Positions 59,939-64,000 of a stretch of 64,000 nt of DNA are shown piece by piece. This stretch comes from Candidatus Culexmicrobium cathedralense (GTDB lineage Archaea > Thermoproteota > Methanomethylicia > Culexarchaeales > Culexmicrobiaceae). Under the pieces are notes generated by a model. That model saw nothing but the letters and a program-made list of their open reading frames with translations. It was not told where the DNA came from and did not search any database. Position 1 is the stretch's first letter; the number at the start of each line of letters is the position of its first letter. The position numbers were made by a program, and so were the translations under genes. Location of the stretch: assembly GCA_025061115.1 (NCBI GenBank), contig JANZKC010000001.1, forward strand, positions 672,001 to 736,000, written 5' to 3'.

Positions 59939-60200
59939 GCCACTTAGAGCCACTCCAATTAGGAGAATAAGCGTTGTAGTTGATCTTGAGGACCCCTTAG
60001 CGCCAGCCCTCACAATAGATGAATTTGAGAAGCTGTTTAATAGGGAGCCGGAGCCTCCAAGATATAGAATTGCCAGCATAGAAGTGCTAACCTGCCCAGA
60101 AGATAACCACGTAGTTCTAGTCACCGAATGCGCCAAGTGCCCTAGATTCATTAAGAGAGTTGAAGATGTGATTTACTGCGCAGCAAAGCGAGTTAGGTGA
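59925..60200 (+). CDS. Small Cys-containing arcade protein (probably arcadin-3)
   Basis: Third overlapping gene of the operon; CPED...ECAKCPRF...IYC; identity by synteny only. Confidence 0.55.
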   Translation: MKKAEPLRATPIRRISVVVDLEDPLAPALTIDEFEKLFNREPEPPRYRIASIEVLTCPEDNHVVLVTECAKCPRFIKRVEDVIYCAAKRVR

Positions 60201-60202
60201 CT

Positions 60203-61435
60203 TCAACTACTCATTGAAGTGAATTTGTAGGCTAGTAGAGCGTAAATTTTGGTGAAGATCTTAAGCACTTCTATCTCAACGTTTTCATTTGGGCCATGAG
60301 CATTTCCAGTCTCATGATCTCCAGGTCCAAAACCGCAAATAGTCGGTATTCCAGCCCTAATTATCAAGTAGTGGGAGTCATTTGTTCCATATGCGCCCCT
60401 AAACTGCAGGTCTTCTCCAGTAACACACCTAGTTGCCCACTTAGCGCATTCAACTATTTCATCATCTTCAGCCACTTCAGCAGGCGGACAACTAGTAATT
60501 ATTTTAGCCGAAGCCGAAAACTCCGGCTCTCCACTCTTAAGCTCTTCAAAAAGCTCATTCAACTGCTTCAGCACGCCTTCACAGCTTAATCCAGGATTAA
60601 TTCTAACGTCTAAGTGCGCAGTGCACTTATCCGGTATGACGTTCGTCTTAACGCCTCCCCGAATTATAGTTCCCGGCGATATCGTGGGCGGAGGCAAGTA
60701 CTTGTGCGGAGGGCACTTAAGCTTGAAATCCTTCAAAGCTAAAAGCAGCATCGCCATGTGAAGGACAGCATTAACTCCAGCCCAAGGCTTACTTGCGTGT
60801 GCAGCTCTACCTCTAGTTTCAACTTCAACCCAACACATCCCTCTAACCGCAGGCCTCAAGCATATCACTTTATTGAAGACCGAAGCCTCAGCTACAACTG
60901 CGCCATCAGCTCTAGCATATCCCTTCTCAACCAAATACCCAGTTCCAAGGCGGCCGCCAGCCTCCTCATCTGCAACTGCGTGAATAATTATATCACCTTT
61001 AAGTTGAACTCCAGAATCCACTATAGACTTAGCTGCACCGACAATAGCTGCAATAGCCCCCTTCATGTCAGCAGCGCCGCGACCATAAATCTTACCGCCC
61101 TCAACTACGCCTTCAAACGGGTCAAAACGCCAATTCTCCAAATCTCCGGGAGGAACAACATCTAAATGCCCATTAAATAGCACGTTTTTCCCATCGCCCT
61201 CGCCCTTCAGCACTGCAACAACATTAACCCTCCGCTCCTCCGGAACTACGTACTCAACCTTAAAGCCAAGAGCTTCAAGCTCACTGCCAAGCAAGTACGC
61301 CACATCAGACTCATTGCCAGGCGGATTAACGCTGGGAACCCTAATCAACCTTCTAGTCAAATCAACAACGTAACCTCCATTCAACTCAGCACTCTTAAGA
61401 AGAGCACCCACAATCATACTCCCAACCAAAAACAA
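60203..61435 (-). CDS. M20 metallopeptidase (ArgE/DapE family)
   Basis: FNGHLDVVP, GRGAADMKG, DEE, HAS.P..GVNA, AHGPNE. Confidence 0.92.
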   Translation of the reverse strand: MFLVGSMIVGALLKSAELNGGYVVDLTRRLIRVPSVNPPGNESDVAYLLGSELEALGFKVEYVVPEERRVNVVAVLKGEGDGKNVLFNGHLDVVPPGDLENWRFDPFEGVVEGGKIYGRGAADMKGAIAAIVGAAKSIVDSGVQLKGDIIIHAVADEEAGGRLGTGYLVEKGYARADGAVVAEASVFNKVICLRPAVRGMCWVEVETRGRAAHASKPWAGVNAVLHMAMLLLALKDFKLKCPPHKYLPPPTISPGTIIRGGVKTNVIPDKCTAHLDVRINPGLSCEGVLKQLNELFEELKSGEPEFSASAKIITSCPPAEVAEDDEIVECAKWATRCVTGEDLQFRGAYGTNDSHYLIIRAGIPTICGFGPGDHETGNAHGPNENVEIEVLKIFTKIYALLAYKFTSMSS

Positions 61436-61569
61436 TTACATTGCCAAACATATTTATCAATGACTATAACGTCCTAACATATTGTCAATTTGAGGCAACC
61501 CACCACAACTTCACAAATAGTAAAATTTATGAAAGAACGCAGCCACTCTAAGAATAGCCTAGAGAGGCA

Positions 61570-61665
61570 GCCCCCGTCGTCTAGTCCGGCCAAGGATATG
61601 GGCCTTTCGAGCTCTATCCGCGAAGAAAGCCCAAGACCCGGGTTCGAATCCCGGCGGGGGCACCA
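61570..61665 (+). tRNA. tRNA-Glu(TTC) with 18-nt intron at 37/38 (61610-61627)
   Basis: GCCCCCG/CGGGGGC acceptor, anticodon TTC 61606-61608, BHB helix CTTT/GAAG, CCA. Confidence 0.94.
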
Positions 61666-61864
61666 CTCCTTTCCATATGTTTGCTGGAGCTGGAATAGTT
61701 GCTGTAAGTGTGTTTATTTGGTTCATGGTGTACGGTAGTTTTAATGAAGAGTGATGAGTTATGATTGTTTGCTGAGAAATTTATTTTGAGGTGAGCGGGT
61801 GAGAAATTTATTTGTTAATTAAGTTAAGGTTTTGGTGGTTTAGATTTTAATTGGAGGTAGTGGT

Positions 61865-63130
61865 GTGGATAACTTTGCTTTGTTTTTGGAGTGCTGTAAG
61901 TGCGGAAGAGAGTTCTCCGTAGATAGTTTTGCTTTCAGGTGTTTGGATTGTAATGAGCCGTTGGAAGTGGTTTACGATTATGATTTTTTGAAGTCAGCTA
62001 TTTCCAAGGAGGTTCTGGCGAAAAGGCAGTGGAGTTTGTGGAGGTATTGGGAGCTTTTGCCAGCGAAAGCTCAAAGGAATATCGTCACGCTTGGTGAGGG
62101 AGGTACGCCGCTTATAAGGAGCACGAGGTTATCGCGTGCTCTTAGCGTTGAGGAGCTTTATTTTAAGGATGAGGGTAGGAATCCGACTGGCTCGTTTAAG
62201 GATAGGGGTTCAAGTGTTGGTGTGAGTAAGGCGTTGGAGGTTGGCGCGGGAATTGTGGGCTGCGCATCTACTGGCAACATGGCGGCTTCATTGTCGGCCT
62301 ATGCAGCTAAAGCGGGATTGAAGTGCGTGATCTTAATTCCCCATGGAACTCCTGTGGAGAAGGTTCTTCAAACACTGTATTATGAGCCGATAACTTTGGC
62401 CGTCGATCTTCCATACCCCGAGTTATATAGGATGTCCTTTGAAATGGCTAAGGAATTCAACGTCTACTTAGTGCACTCCGACAGCCCGATGAGAGTTGAG
62501 GGGCAGAAGACAGTTGCATTTGAAATTTGCGAGCAACTGGATTGGAGGGCGCCTGACATTGTTGTCGTGCCGACAAGTAGTGGAGGCAACTTCAGCGCAA
62601 TTTGGAAGGGGTTCAAGGAGTTTTACGAGCTGGACTTAATTGATAAGCTTCCAAGAATGGTCTGCGTTCAGAGCGAGGGTTGCGCGCCGATTGTAGAGGC
62701 GTTCAAGAACAGGAGCGAGCTCAAGCCCTGGCCGAAGCCGCAGACCATTGCACATTCAATATCGAATCCAAATCCGATCTTGGCAAGTGGGAGAAGAGTT
62801 TTGAAAATTTTGGATGAGTGCGAGGGGTTGGCAATTGCAGTGTCTGATGAGGAAATACTTGAGGCTCAGAAGCAGTTGGCAGTTATGGAGGGATTGTTTG
62901 TTGAGCCTGCATCTGCAGCTACAGTGGCAGGCTTGAAGAAGTTGGTGGAGAAGGGTGTAATTGATGGGGATGAGAAAGTTGTATGTGTTTTAACTGGATT
63001 TGGCTTGAAGGACACTAAAGTGATTAAGAGGCATGTTAAGGAGCCAATCAGTGTGAAATCTTGGAGTCAATTTAGAGAAATTTTGAATGCCTTGATGAAA
63101 GGTGTGAAAGCTGCACCATCAACCCGCTGA
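61865..63130 (+). CDS. thrC: Threonine synthase family PLP enzyme with N-terminal Zn ribbon
   Basis: LGEGGTPL, NPTGSFKDRG, ASTGN, EGQKT, EPASA, LTG.GLK. Confidence 0.85.
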   Translation: MDNFALFLECCKCGREFSVDSFAFRCLDCNEPLEVVYDYDFLKSAISKEVLAKRQWSLWRYWELLPAKAQRNIVTLGEGGTPLIRSTRLSRALSVEELYFKDEGRNPTGSFKDRGSSVGVSKALEVGAGIVGCASTGNMAASLSAYAAKAGLKCVILIPHGTPVEKVLQTLYYEPITLAVDLPYPELYRMSFEMAKEFNVYLVHSDSPMRVEGQKTVAFEICEQLDWRAPDIVVVPTSSGGNFSAIWKGFKEFYELDLIDKLPRMVCVQSEGCAPIVEAFKNRSELKPWPKPQTIAHSISNPNPILASGRRVLKILDECEGLAIAVSDEEILEAQKQLAVMEGLFVEPASAATVAGLKKLVEKGVIDGDEKVVCVLTGFGLKDTKVIKRHVKEPISVKSWSQFREILNALMKGVKAAPSTR

Positions 63131-63346
63131 ATCACCTATCCTCAACTAGTTAAGCTCATGAGTTTATGGTTTGAGCTCGCTTAGAGTTAAATTGCAACAA
63201 TTAATGGTGGTTGAAGCTCTGTTGCAGGGATTCATAACTTCGCTTTGCCTTCACTTCCATAAGCATGAACCACTTCTGCTTCAAATCAGGTAGATTAGCG
63301 ATAAATATTCAGGGTTCCGTCAACAACTCCAACCTAATAGGCTGAT

Positions 63347-63904
63347 TTAATTTCGATCGGCATTGCTGCTAATCGAGTTTACTATGATGTTATTGGTTTG
63401 GATATTTTGGTGATGGCTATCAGCATTATGCCTGTGACTAGAGTTAAAATTGGAGCTATGTCTGGCATTATGGGCAGGTATTGGATTAAGTGTGGTCCAT
63501 GTTCTTGTCCTGGAACATAGTCTATAAGAACTGCGACGGCGTAGGGTGATGTGCTTCTGCACCATAGGTATTGACGATGTGATTGCAAGGATGCCTGAGA
63601 TGTAGCCTGTTTTTCGCTTTTTGGGCTTGATTGAATATAGCGTTGTAGTTACTATTGAAATTGTGTAGAGCATGATTGAGGTTAACGCAATGGGGTAGTT
63701 TGTTGGGGCTTCGTTTTGGATGAGCTCTAATGCTTCTATTATTCCTAGACTGTTAGTTTTAATGACCATTATTGGCTTGGGGTTTAGATCGTAGATTCCA
63801 GTCCAGGGTAGGAGTGAAGATAGTATTAGTGAGAGGAGCAAGGTGTACTGAATGAGCTTAACTTTATGTTTTGCTAATAATTTAAAGACGTACCGGACTT
63901 TCAC
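63347..63904 (-). pseudogene. Membrane protein, apparently frameshifted near 63570
   Basis: Hydrophobic helices in the first ORF continue in the 63382-63588 frame (APILTLVTGIMLIAI). Confidence 0.5.
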
Positions 63905-64000
63905 AATTAATGATTTTCTTGCTTTAATTTTAATTTTTTGAAGCTAATCACTTATTTGTTAATTGCTTGACCTCTTAATGTGAAAAGTGCGATCTAAGTT

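Noticed and set aside
61744-61775. GTGATGA...CTGA possible C/D sRNA
   Set aside because: Only half the architecture, and no recognisable guide.
1-64000. CRISPR array, cas genes, rRNA, intact integrase or transposase
   Set aside because: No regularly spaced repeats or recognisable motifs seen by eye.

Overview
Archaeal chromosomal segment, most likely a thermophilic Thermoproteota/TACK lineage. This is inferred from crenactin plus arcadins, BHB-type tRNA introns, a C/D box sRNA, pantoate kinase, AglH and a four-subunit 2-oxoacid:ferredoxin oxidoreductase. About 1-31.5 kb is a variable island of surface-glycosylation genes (GT2/GT4, a large GT-C+CBM protein, flippase relics, sulfatase-like, FkbM, HprK-like kinase, Ig-like surface protein). 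It is interleaved with toxin-antitoxin/defence modules (HicA, DUF4258/DUF2283, three VapBC, HEPN-MNT relic, AAA_21+TOPRIM pair) and many pseudogenes. About 31.5-42.5 kb holds conserved glycan-precursor genes and the por operon. About 42.6-64 kb holds four tRNAs (two with introns), an AbiE type IV TA with a perfect 18-bp operator, tmcA, alaXS, pok, a dual-guide C/D sRNA, decayed genes, a three-gene crenactin (arcade) operon and a thrC-like gene. The most striking unexplained signal is a strong strand asymmetry independent of gene orientation: A+C-rich to the left and G+T-rich to the right. It flips polarity across the island and at three of the four tRNA genes. Protein calls come from motif recognition only; no searches were run, and base counts are hand counts of short windows.
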